Source: an uncultured Planctomycetota bacterium (lineage in GTDB: Bacteria; Planctomycetota; Planctomycetia; Isosphaerales; Isosphaeraceae). From it: 64,000 nt of DNA. A program made the position numbers and the translations under genes. Of this stretch, positions 15,581-25,679 are shown one piece after another. Location of the stretch: NCBI GenBank assembly GCA_963845755.1, contig CAWJTV010000038.1, positions 32,001 to 96,000 of the forward strand, written 5' to 3'. The number at the start of each line of letters is the position of its first letter. Position 1 is the first letter of the stretch. The notes below the pieces were generated by a model. That model did not search any database. It worked only from the letters and a program-made list of their open reading frames with translations, and was not told the origin of the DNA.

Positions 15581-16278
15581 GGCTGCGCTCTCCTGATCCA
15601 GGGTGTGGCTCAAAACCGATCGGTTACGAGAGAGGTGATCGGCGTATGGGCCAAGCTTGGTGGATGTGGATCCTTGGGGTCGGTCCTCTGTTGCGCAGGC
15701 ATGCCGCCTACGGGGCCGCTCAGGCAGGAGGCACTCCGGCCCCGTTACCGATCTTGGCCCATGAGTCTGGTGATCTTCGGTAGCCCATCCCAGCGGCGAG
15801 ATGCACGATTTCCCTGGTGTAATGATTGGGCGGCCGAGATCGTTAAGATAAGCCCCCACGCTCCCAGGGTCAATGGCCCGCAAAACGGGGATACATTTGC
15901 CTTGGCCTGCTCCCCATTTTTTGGTCCAGTGATCATGGGCATCACCTGTTCGTTGATTCAGTAGACTAGTCGTGCCTTGCTCCTCAGCATCGTTGGTCGT
16001 GACATGCCCATTCTCACTGGAAACCGGGGCCTGGCATGGAGTCATCCCAGACCCCGGTTTGTTTGGGGCCATCGGCCCCTTTGAGAGGGACTGTCTGCCG
16101 GTGCTTGTGCAATTTCCCCGATCATCACCCCGTGCATAAAGGCCCGAGGGTGCCGTGTGAAGTCTCCGTGAAGACTCTGAGAAGCATCGGGATTCGAGTC
16201 GGGCCGGGCGAATAGACTGGCAGAAACGGTCCGAATCGGGTTCCCAGGAGGCGGGGCGGCACAAAAGGAGCCATTTCG

Positions 16279-17859
16279 ATGGGTTGGCCGGCGCGATTAG
16301 GCAAACGGGTCCGCGATGGCTTACTCGCCATCCTTGGGGTGGCGGCGCTGAGCCTTGGGACTTTCTTCGCCCTCCACGAGCCGCGGGAGCGACCCGTCCG
16401 GCTGCGGATGACCGCCGGTCAGGACGGGGGAACCCGTCATCGCATCGCACTGGCGCTGCAGCGGGAGGCGGCCCACCGTGCAATCGCGATCGAGTTGCAA
16501 GCGATGGTTGGCTCGGGGGAGGCCCTCCAGGCCGTGGAGTCAGGACGGGTCGATGCGGCTTTCGTGCAGGGTGGGCTCGACATGATCGACCATCCGGGCC
16601 TCCGTCAGGTCGCGGTACTCCACGTCGAACCGCTTCATCTGTTGGTCAAGGAGGAGATCCAGCGCGCGGTCACCGGCAACCTCGGCGGGCTGCGCGGGAA
16701 GGTGGTCAATTTGGGCGAGCGCGGCAGCGGAACCTACTCACTGGCCAAGGAGGTCCTGGCCTTCTCTGGCTTGCGGGCTGGGATCGATTATACCGAGAGC
16801 ACTCACACCTATGTCGATCTGGAGCGGGAGCCAGAAGGATCCCGGTTGCCCGACGCGGTCTTCACCGTCTCGACCCTTCCCTCGCCAATTGCGCGCCACC
16901 TGGTCACGAGGCACCACTACCGGCTCACGTCGCTGCCCTTCTACGAGGCGTTCGCACTCGGGACCCTCGACGAAGACCACGCCCTACACAATCCCCGGGG
17001 TCAGTCGTTCTCCCGGATCGATCGTCGGCGCGTCTACGACGCCACGATCCCAGCGTTCGCGTACGAAATCGAGCCCGGCGTCCCGCCAGAGGCGATCCAC
17101 ACGCTCGGTACCCGATTGCTGCTGGTCGCCCGCAAAGATATCGCGGCAACCACGATCCGACGCCTCCTGGAAGTGGTCTTCAATTCCCCGTTCTCACAGG
17201 TCCTCCAGCCAGCGCTCGATGCGAGGCTGTTCGAGTCGCCGCCGGAACTGCCCTGGCACGACGGCGCGATCGAATACGTCCGTCGCAACTCTCCCCTCAT
17301 CGCGGGCGACGTCATTGACCTGATCGAGAAGGAGGTGAGCATCCTCGGGGTCCTAGCTGGCGGCCTATACTGCCTGATCCAGTGGCTGCGCCGGCGGTTT
17401 CGCCGACGACGCGCGCGAAGCTTCGAGGCGTATATTCTTCAGGTCGCCCGGGTTGAGCGCCTGGCGTTGGCGTTGTCGCGGGCGCCGACTCTAGACCTCG
17501 CGCAGTTGCTGCAACTCCAGGAGGACCTGGCCCAAATCAAGGGGGAAGCGCTCGAGCGCTTCGCCGACGGGGAACTCGATGGCGAGGAACTCATGTCGGG
17601 ATTCCTGGTTCACGCCAGCGACGCCAGAGACTTCCTGATCCGACTGATCTTGCACGAGCGCGACAATCTGGAGGACCACGCCCGGGCTCAGCACCGACCT
17701 GCAGAGGTACTCTGGAAGGAGGCGGTTGGCGAACCCATCCACGGGGCAGTGGATCATCGCGGAGTCGTCAACAGCCAAGACCTGGTTCCCGTGTCAAACT
17801 CAGCCGGCTCCTCGCTCGAGGTACCCTACTGGAGGCATGGGTCGGCGGGGGCAGATTGA
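16279..17859 (+). CDS. TAXI-family TRAP solute-binding protein, membrane anchored, with C-terminal extension
   Basis: GSGEALQAVESGRVDAAFVQGG, EPLHLLV, LRGKVVNLGERGSGT, LPWHDGAIEY; N-terminal and internal TM helices. Confidence 0.85.
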   Translation: MGWPARLGKRVRDGLLAILGVAALSLGTFFALHEPRERPVRLRMTAGQDGGTRHRIALALQREAAHRAIAIELQAMVGSGEALQAVESGRVDAAFVQGGLDMIDHPGLRQVAVLHVEPLHLLVKEEIQRAVTGNLGGLRGKVVNLGERGSGTYSLAKEVLAFSGLRAGIDYTESTHTYVDLEREPEGSRLPDAVFTVSTLPSPIARHLVTRHHYRLTSLPFYEAFALGTLDEDHALHNPRGQSFSRIDRRRVYDATIPAFAYEIEPGVPPEAIHTLGTRLLLVARKDIAATTIRRLLEVVFNSPFSQVLQPALDARLFESPPELPWHDGAIEYVRRNSPLIAGDVIDLIEKEVSILGVLAGGLYCLIQWLRRRFRRRRARSFEAYILQVARVERLALALSRAPTLDLAQLLQLQEDLAQIKGEALERFADGELDGEELMSGFLVHASDARDFLIRLILHERDNLEDHARAQHRPAEVLWKEAVGEPIHGAVDHRGVVNSQDLVPVSNSAGSSLEVPYWRHGSAGAD

Positions 17860-18007
17860 AAGGGACTCAGCCGGTTACCTGTCACGGCTCTGACAGGACA
17901 GGCTCATGAACTCCGGCACAAGACGAACCGCGGCAGCCGCCTACCCGACCGTTACTTACCTCTACCCGGCGACCGGGAATCGACGATTGCATGCACTTGC
18001 CAACCGG

Positions 18008-18110
18008 CAGGCTGTGGGACAAACCACCGAATCCGCCCTGCATCAAGCCGTGGGGCAAATACCCTGGGGTCACAACCTCGTCCTGGTCGAGCCGCTCAAG
18101 GCTCTCCGTG
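18008..18110 (+). pseudogene. Remnant of a DUF1016/YhcG (PD-(D/E)XK nuclease) N-terminal domain
   Basis: QAVGQ..LHQAVGQIPWGHNLVLVEPLK matches the QQ.VGQIPWGHN.LL..LK signature as recalled for this family; the rest of the gene is absent. Confidence 0.55.
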
Positions 18111-18190
18111 AGCGGCGCGCCGAGTTGGCTTAACCGCGGCGATGGCAAGCGAGGGAGCGCCAGGATCATGAAGCGTTTTGAGCACACCCG

Positions 18191-18276
18191 GCCGACCGCA
18201 GGTCTCCAGTTCCCACACCCGTCAGGAGACCTTCGGTCCGGCTTACGGCGGGGTCAGGAGACCCGCGCCGAACGGA
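18191..18276. repeat. Composite palindromic intergenic element (REP-like)
   Basis: GACCGCAGGTCTCC / GGAGACCTTCGGTC inverted pair, followed by hairpin CGGCGGGGTC-AGGA-GACCCGCGCCG; GTCAGGAGACC occurs twice. Confidence 0.55.
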
Positions 18277-18407
18277 ATTCCAGAAGTTATTCCCATCCCG
18301 TTCCCAGGCACATCAGGACGATCTGCTCGGATTCCGGAAAAAGTTGTATCGGAACACCGGGGTCCGTGCATCAAATAGGAGATTCTCAACGCGCGGGGGG
18401 ATCTGAT

Positions 18408-20360
18408 ATGAGGTTACACCGGTTCGTCGGTCCGGACCTGGGTCGGATCTTCCGGGGAGAGACGGTCTCCGGACTTTCGGAGTGGCAACTGCTGGAGCGT
18501 TACCTGGAGCGGCGTGACGAGGCGGCGTTCGAGGCCCTGGTCAGCCGTCACGGGCCGATGGTCCTGGGGGTCTGCCGGCGGATGCTCAGAGACACGGCGG
18601 ACGTCGAGGATGCATTCCAGGCGACGTTCCTGGTCCTGGTGCGTCGTGCGCGGCAACTCGGGCCTCGGGATGCGATCGGCCCGTGGCTGTACGGCGTCGC
18701 CGCCCGGGTGGCCTTGCGGGCACGGTCGCAGTTGGCTCGTCAACGCCGTCATGAGCCGGTCGCCCTGGAATATCCGGCCGCCGCGCCGGTCGGCGGGTGG
18801 ATCGATCCCGACCTGGGCGACGTGCTCGACCAGGAATTGAGCCGGCTCCCGTCCAAGTATCGATCGCCGCTGGTCCTCTGCTACCTGGAGGGCCGGACGC
18901 ACGAAGAGGCCGCGCGGGAGCTGAACTGGCCGGTCGGCACGGTCAAGGGCCGGTTGGCCCGGGCGCGGGACCTCCTGCGGTCGCGGCTGACTCGCCGCGG
19001 CCTGGCGCCGACCGCAGGCGTCCTGGCCACGCTCGCGACGTCTGATGCGACGGCCGTGCTCGAACGTCCCGTGATCGAACGAACCGTCAGCGCGTCACTG
19101 AAATTCGCTTCGGGGCAGTCCCTTGCCCAGGTCGTATCGACCTCGATCACCTCACTCGTCGAAGGAGCCTTGGCCGCCATGATCCTCAATCAACTGAAGT
19201 GGGCCGGTCTTTCGATCCTCGTTGCCGGACTCGCATTGACCTCGGCCGGGGTGATGGCCCGGCAGGAGGCCAAGTCGAAAGCCGATCCGCCGTCGACCGC
19301 GGTGAAGGCTGAATTCAAGGCGGCTTTGTCGGACTTCGAGAAAGCCGCACGGAAATCCGACGAGAATCCGCCTGCGGCAAAGAATGCGCCCACGTTCGAT
19401 CCCCGCGAGGAACTGGTCCAGGCTGCGCGGTCGGCGTATCGAGCCACCTGGGAAGCCTACCGCGCCGGGCACGCCTCCGCCGAGCAGGTCGATCATGCCT
19501 CGCAGAAGTGGATGGAAGCCCAGGACAAGGTGCCGAGCAACTCCGAAGCCCAGGTCGCCGCCGCCGATGCCCACCTCGAGCGGATGCGCGAGCTCCTGCG
19601 AGTCCAGGCCGACCGGCCCGGATCTCCATCCAAACCCGCCGAACTGGCTCGGATCAAAGGCTATGTCGCCGAGGCGCGCTTCCTCGTGGCCCAGGCCAAG
19701 ACCCGGCCGACTTTGGCGGACGTCCCGAGCGCAGGCGGATCGGGCGAAGGCGAGGGCTGGGGCAAGGACGCGAAGTCGCGGCAGGTCCTCGCCAAGCTCG
19801 AGGAACCGATCTCGATGTCGTTCGCCGCGGAGACGCCGCTCGACGACGTACTGAAGTACATCAAGCAGGCGACGACCACGCCAACTTACGCCGGAATCCC
19901 GATCTACGTCGATCCCATCGGCATGCAAGAAGCGGAACGATCGCTCAACTCGACCGTCCAGTTGGACCTGGAAGGGATTCCCCTGCGACGGACCCTGCAA
20001 TTGCTCCTCACCCAACTGGGGCTGGTGTACTTCGTGGACGACGGGATGCTCGTAATCACCTCGGCGGATTCGGAACAAAGGGGGTTACCGCCTTCGATGC
20101 TGAAGCAATCTCCCATCCTGGCAAGGGCCGCGAAAGCCGAGCGTGGCGAGCTCACAAAGGCCGAGATGGAGGAATTGATCGAGGATTTCAAACTGCGCGA
20201 GACCGTATTGAGCTACGCCGCGGGGAAAGGGATATCCACGCATGAAGAGGGAGCAAAACGGGATCGCGAACCGATGAACCAGGTTGTCAAGGAGTTACGC
20301 GAGCTGGTCGAGCAGTTGAAGGCCGAGCGGCAGGCGAAGAAGGAGTCGGGGGCGAAATGA
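18408..20360 (+). CDS. ECF sigma-70 factor with a long planctomycete-type C-terminal extension
   Basis: [32 protein letters not shown] (region 2), [31 protein letters not shown] (region 4), a TM helix, then an extracytoplasmic domain. Confidence 0.92.
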   Translation: MRLHRFVGPDLGRIFRGETVSGLSEWQLLERYLERRDEAAFEALVSRHGPMVLGVCRRMLRDTADVEDAFQATFLVLVRRARQLGPRDAIGPWLYGVAARVALRARSQLARQRRHEPVALEYPAAAPVGGWIDPDLGDVLDQELSRLPSKYRSPLVLCYLEGRTHEEAARELNWPVGTVKGRLARARDLLRSRLTRRGLAPTAGVLATLATSDATAVLERPVIERTVSASLKFASGQSLAQVVSTSITSLVEGALAAMILNQLKWAGLSILVAGLALTSAGVMARQEAKSKADPPSTAVKAEFKAALSDFEKAARKSDENPPAAKNAPTFDPREELVQAARSAYRATWEAYRAGHASAEQVDHASQKWMEAQDKVPSNSEAQVAAADAHLERMRELLRVQADRPGSPSKPAELARIKGYVAEARFLVAQAKTRPTLADVPSAGGSGEGEGWGKDAKSRQVLAKLEEPISMSFAAETPLDDVLKYIKQATTTPTYAGIPIYVDPIGMQEAERSLNSTVQLDLEGIPLRRTLQLLLTQLGLVYFVDDGMLVITSADSEQRGLPPSMLKQSPILARAAKAERGELTKAEMEELIEDFKLRETVLSYAAGKGISTHEEGAKRDREPMNQVVKELRELVEQLKAERQAKKESGAK

Positions 20361-20670
20361 GCCGCTCCGTTTCGCGCCGGCTGATCCGCCCCAGGGTGGG
20401 ACACGCCGGCGCGGCGAGTTGTCCGGTCTGACGACGTTGGTGCAGAATCGATCAGACCACCGACGCCGTTTCCGAGCCAAAAACGGACACTCCTCGCTGA
20501 ACGTGACCCATCCCCGCGCGGCCAAGCGGCCCGTGCCTCGGGAGCGCCAGGCGTCACGCGGCATGGCAAGCGCTCGAGGTCACGTGCCGGGGTTGCGAGT
20601 GTTGGATTGGCTCAGGCGGCCGGTCGTCCCTGTTGAACCGTAATTCTTGGGCCGTAACCGATGTCAGCCC

Positions 20671-23600
20671 TCACTTCTCCGGCTGTAATTCCCGCCCGGC
20701 CAGGAGTGCCTCGGCCTCCTTCAGGAGCCTTTGTGCTTCTTCATCTCTGGCCGAATTCGGCTTCTGCATCGTCTCGCGTAATCGATTCAGGCTCGCCTGA
20801 GCTCGGTCCTTCTCACCCATCTGGTACCGGGCCATCGCCAGAAAGGCCAGGTCCGCCGGAGCGTGACCCCCTTGATCCGCCTGGTTGAGTTCGTCCGCGC
20901 GCGTCAGCGTGGCCAGGGCCTCCTGGTACTTCCCCAGGCGGTACTGGGCCATCCCCAGAGTGGTATGGTAGGAACCCTCAAACGGAATGAGGCGGCAGGC
21001 GATTTCCGCCTGATGAACCGCCCGGCGGTACGCGGCGGCTCCAGCGCCCGGACGGGAGGCGACCGCCCGACTGGCCCGGTCAAGGTAGCGCGGGGATTCC
21101 CCGAATCGCTCCGCCAGGGCCAGGGCCTCTTGCCGTACAGGTTCGCTAAGGACAGGATCGGCGCGGAGGTGTGCGAGGATCTCAGACCGGAACAGAGGCT
21201 TGTAGATGAGAGACTTCACCGCTTTCTCGGCCTCCTGACGGACGCGGTTTCGCCAAAACGGCTCGACCAGGGTGAGAGCTTGCTGCCGCACGGCGTCGCT
21301 GACGGCGTAGTCTCTGAGCCGGGCCGACACCGCCTCCGGGGCCGGCGATTGGGCGAACAGGAACCTGACCAGGCTTGCCGCCTGCCGCTGTTCGGCAAGT
21401 TCCGTGTCGAGGGGGGACCCTTCCCAGATCGTCACGCCCTCGTCTCCACTGACCGCGAGGCGCCGGCCACCGCGATCGAACGCCACACGGTGCAACTGGG
21501 CCGGCACCCGCGCAGGGTAAGGATTTCCTGTCCGTTGAGGGCGTCCCAGAGCTTCACTTCACCGGAGAAATGCCCTCCCTTGCTCACCCCGCCCGCGGCG
21601 GTGACAAGCCGCCGGTCGTCAGGACTGTACGCCACCCCAAGCACGGCGCTCGTATGTCCGCGGAGAGTAAGGAACGTCTCTCCGGTGACCGCGTCCCAGA
21701 CCTTGACCGACCCGTCTACACTCGCGGCGGCGAGCCGCGAGCCGTCGGGACTGTACGCGATGCGTGTGACAGATCCCTCGAGGCCGGACAGCGTGAGGAT
21801 CTCCTGTCCCGTGGCCGCGTTCCAGACACGCACGGTCCGGCCCGCACTCGTGGCCAGGCGCTCACCGCCGGGGCGATAGGTCACGTGGGCGAACCCGGGG
21901 TCTCTGCCAGGCTCGGTTCGCCCGGGCCGTGTCAAGACCGTCTGCCCCGTCCTCATGTCCCAAATCATGACCTCGCCGGGAACGAGCCGTCCTCCCCCCG
22001 CCAACTCGCGGCTAATGGAAGCGAGACGCTGACCGTCGGGACTAAAGGCCACAGCGTGAATGGAAGCGGTGTGTCCTCGTAAACAGAAGATTTCGACGCC
22101 GTTCGTCGCATCCCAGACACGTACAGTCCGATCCTCTCCGGCGGAAGCGAGCCGCCGGCCGTCGGGACTGTACGCCACTCCCAGAACGGCACGGCAATGC
22201 CCGGTCAGTGTGAAGACCTCCAGCCCCGTGGTTGTATCCAGGATACAAACCGTGTTATCCGTGCCGACCACGGCCAACTTCCGGCCGTCCGGGTCAAACG
22301 TCATATCCTCTATGCGGCCGACGGCCGCGCTCAAAGTGACGGCGTCCATCGCCGCCGTCGCATCCCAGAGCTTCACCGTGCCGTCCCCACTCCCAGAGGC
22401 CAGGCGCCAACCGTCGGGGCTAAACGCCACACTCGCGACGCCGTCCTTGTGGCCGCGCAGGACGGCGGCTTCTTGCCCGGTGGTCACGTCCCAGACCGTC
22501 ACGGAATCGTTCGCAGCCGCAGCCGCGAGTCGCCGCCCGTCCGGGCTAAACGCCAGGCCCACAACTCCACCCACCTGTTGAAAGGCCAGGGTTTCTCTCC
22601 CCGTGTCCGCGTCCCAGACCTTCACCACCCCATCGTTGCTGCTCGAGGCGAGGCGCCGGCCGTCGGGGCTGTACACCACGCTGTTGACCAAGTACGGGTG
22701 CTTGCCCAGGCGGAAAAGGTCTTTTCCCGTGGCGGCATCGCAGACACGAATCGTAGGACCGTCCGCAAAGGCGAGTCGCCGCCGCGGCTCCGCCGCGGCG
22801 GGGCTGAAGGCCACGGCGATGGAGGCAGTCGGCACGGCCGCAGCCTCGTTCCCCGGAATGCACAGCAGTTGCTTCCCACCGGCCGCGTCCCAGACTTTCA
22901 CTTCGCAGGGTAAGACCGAACCCGTGGGAGCAACTCCCCTGCCGAAGGAGGCGAGCTGCCGGCCGTCCGGGCTGAACGCCAGGCCCCAGACCGGAGTGGC
23001 GTGCGCGGGCAGGCCAAGAAGCTCGCGTCCGTTGGCCGTGTCCCATAGCTTGATCTCGCCCGGAGTGAACACTCCCCCATTCGCGGAGGCCAGCCGCCGG
23101 CCGTCCGGACTGAAGGCCAAGCAAGATACGAAGTCCTTGTGCCCGCGCAGGCAAAAGCGCTCCCTTCCCGAGGCCACGTCCCAGACCTTGACCTCCCCTG
23201 GTTGGCCATAATTGCCGGCGGCGGACGCGAGCAGTCTACCGTCCGGACTGAAGGCCACGCAGCGGACGGGAGCCGTGTTGCCGAGCAAGGTGCGCATGTC
23301 GAGCCGGCACAGGCGCTGCAAGTGGTACCACTCGAAGCTTCGCAGGTCCGGCGCACCGGGTTCGTGCGGTTTGAGGACGTCGAGCCGCCGCTCGAGCGAA
23401 GCGAGTTCGCCCTCCTGCCAGTCCTTCTGGGCCAGGGTACTTTCCGCGGCGTACCAGCGTCGGTCGCTACGCGCTTTTTCGGTCTCCAACCTCTGGGCGT
23501 AGGCGAGCGTGTCTTGCTCCCGGTTGCTGGCCTGGATCGCGTAATGCGACGTGCCGGCCATGCCCAGCAGCAGCGAGGCCGCCACCGCGCCGAGTAGGAG

Positions 23601-24842
23601 TGCCACGGCCGGGTTGCGCCGGCACCAGCGCCACGCTCGCTCGGGGCCGGAGATGGGCCGGGCCACGATCGGCTCGCCGGCGCGGAACCGGCGGAGGTCC
23701 TCGGCCATCGCCGCGACATCGGGGTATCGCCGAGCCGCGTCCTTTTGCAGCGCCTTCAGGCAGATCGTCTCCAGGTCGCGGGGCATGCGGGGAATGAGCT
23801 GTGACGGAGCGACCGGCTCGGCGGTCCGGATCAGGTCGAGGGTGTCCAGGATGGACGACCCGCGGAACGGTGGCCGGCCGGTGAGCATCTCGTAGAGGGT
23901 GGTGCCCAGCGCGTACTGGTCGGCGGCGGGGCCAGCCTTCTCGGCGCCGGTGGTCTGCTCAGGCGCCATGTAGCTCGGCGAGCCGAGGATCGACCCGGTA
24001 CCGGTCTGGCCCGAGTCGGCCTCGAGCCGCTTGACCAGGCCGAAGTCGGCGATCTTTGGCGTCGTGTCGGCAGCGAGGAGGACGTTCGCCGGCTTGATGT
24101 CGCGGTGGACGATCCCACGGCGGTGGGCCACGTCCATGGCCCGGGCCAACGTCTCGATGATCCGCGCCGCGTCCTCGATCGGCTGCGGTTTGCCGGCGAT
24201 CCGCTGCGCCAGGCTGCCTCCCTCGAGAAACTCCAGCGAGAAATAAGGCAGGCCGTCGTGCTCGCCGATCTCGAAGATCTTGATGATGTTGGGGTGGTCA
24301 ATCGCGGCGACGGCGCGGGCCTCGGCCTCGAAGCGAGCCAGGTCGTCCGGTTGTGCACCGGCGCCGGCCTTGATCATCTTCAGCGCGACCAGGCGCTGGA
24401 GCCGGAGGTGCCGCGCCTTGTACACGATCCCCATGCCGCCGGCGCCCAGCACTCCCAGGATCTCGTAGCCGGTGATCCGGGGCCGTTTGTCGCCCTCGCG
24501 GCCGACGGTCGATCGGGACGCCTCCTCCGTATTCGCCGCCGCGACACCAGGCGAGTGCACGAAGCCCTCGGTGGCATCGGGGTCGTAGTCGGCCGTCGCA
24601 TCGCGGTCCGGTGCGGTCGGGGCGTCGGGATCCCGGTCGGCGGTGGCATCACGGTCGAAGTCCGTGATCGCGCCGCGGTCGAGGTCCGTGATCGCGCCGC
24701 GGTCGAAGTCGGTGGCATTCGGATTCGAGACCTCGGCATCGGGCTTGTAGTCAGCCGTCGCGTCGCGGTCGAGGTTGGTGACCGCGTCGCGGTCGAGATC
24801 CGCGGCATTCGGATTCGAGGCCTCGTCTGGGAGACGTGCCAT
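20671..24842 (-). CDS. Ser/Thr protein kinase with WD40 propeller and C-terminal TPR-like region (frameshift at about 21510)
   Basis: LGAGGMGIVY, VALKMI, HRDIKPAN, DFG, YMAPE; a hydrophobic helix; many GH..V..VAFSPDGRRLAS..D.TVKVWD repeats; TLGMAQYRLGKYQEALATL. Confidence 0.95.
24560..24825 (-). repeat. Imperfect 24-nt (8-aa) tandem repeats at the kinase N-terminus
   Basis: DRDAVTNL DRDATADY ... DRGAITDL DRGAITDF DRDATADR DPDAPTAP DRDATADY DPDATEGF; SNPNA(A/T)D occurs twice. Confidence 0.85.
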
Positions 24843-24976
24843 GAGTGACCCACCCTACGACGGTTGACCTGGCACGCTGCCGCTGACCGGACCAGCCCCG
24901 AGCACGAACGAGGGATCAAAGAGACCTGCTCGCTCGCGCTCGGCTGGTTGATACGTAATCCGCTTAGGACAACAGG

Positions 24977-25222
24977 TTATAGGCCCCCGACTTTGCAACC
25001 ACAAAACCCCGTGCCCGGATCAAGGTCACATATCTGACCAGTAGCACAGCATGTGGCCGTGCCGTTGCTGCAAATGCAAGCATTGGGATAACTGGGATTC
25101 ATACAACTGATGACGGTGTGAGCGGGTTCGATGCCAGGTTCGGTGCTGCCGCGGGCGGGTCGGTGCGTTGGCCAGGAACAGCTCCCACGGACGACCGCGG
25201 GTGCTTGCACGGGAGGTTTCAT
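24977..25222 (-). CDS. Putative RiPP precursor 2: cyanobactin-like leader plus 8-Cys core (81 aa)
   Basis: AAGGAG RBS at 25230-25235; MKPPVQAPAVVR...GIEPA|HTVISCMNPSYPNACICSNGTATCCATGQICDLDPGTGFCGCKVGGL; paralog of the neighbouring ORF. Confidence 0.82.
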   Translation of the reverse strand: MKPPVQAPAVVRGSCSWPTHRPARGSTEPGIEPAHTVISCMNPSYPNACICSNGTATCCATGQICDLDPGTGFCGCKVGGL

Positions 25223-25288
25223 GTCCGGTCTCCTTTCAAGTGGACCCGAGGGAAAAAAGGTGCGCGGGGATGGCTTAATTTAGAAGCT

Positions 25289-25344
25289 GTTTCTAAACGG
25301 GGACTGGCTCCGAGTCTTCGAGGTGCCTGTCCCCCTTTTGAAAC
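25289..25344. repeat. Imperfect palindrome (REP-like or RNA hairpin) between the two precursor genes
   Basis: GTTTCTAAACGGGGACTGGCTC ... GTGCCTGTCCCCCTTTTGAAAC. Confidence 0.65.
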
Positions 25345-25350
25345 CGCCTT

Positions 25351-25629
25351 TTAGGGCTTGGGCTTGCAGGCACACCCGCCGGTGAGAATGGCATTACCAT
25401 CCTTAGCCGGTTCGCACCCATACTGGCAGCAATTGCAGGTACCATTAGGGCACCTGCACACCTGATAATTACTGTCAAAGTTGCACTTCCACTTATCACG
25501 TGAGGCGTTACCTACACAGACGTCGAAGTCGCTTCGGAAGGACGCAGAGACGCCATGGGCCGAAGAACGGCGGGCCGGCCAGGAGTGGCCCTCACGGAGG
25601 ATGGCTGCGGCTTGCACGGGAAGCTTCAT
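25351..25629 (-). CDS. Putative RiPP precursor 1: cyanobactin-like leader plus 10-Cys core (92 aa)
   Basis: AAGGAG RBS at 25637-25642; MKLPVQAAAILR...GVSAS|FRSDFDVCVGNASRDKWKCNFDSNYQVCRCPNGTCNCCQYGCEPAKDGNAILTGGCACKPKP. Confidence 0.82.
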   Translation of the reverse strand: MKLPVQAAAILREGHSWPARRSSAHGVSASFRSDFDVCVGNASRDKWKCNFDSNYQVCRCPNGTCNCCQYGCEPAKDGNAILTGGCACKPKP

Positions 25630-25679
25630 GTTCAGTCTCCTTGTGGGTTGCCCGGCGCAGTGCGCTGCCGGGGACACAT

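Noticed and set aside
15581..16483. N-terminal 300 aa of the 744-aa ORF 14249-16483
   Set aside because: The sequence is not protein-like and overlaps the TAXI gene; the LEPLEDR motif places the real start near 15580.
18351..18376. ECF autoregulatory promoter GGAAC...TCAAA
   Set aside because: The spacing is shorter than in typical sigmaE-type promoters, so it cannot be supported without homologue alignment.
24560..24825. CRISPR array
   Set aside because: The repeats are contiguous, in-frame and coding, with no unique spacers and no cas genes.
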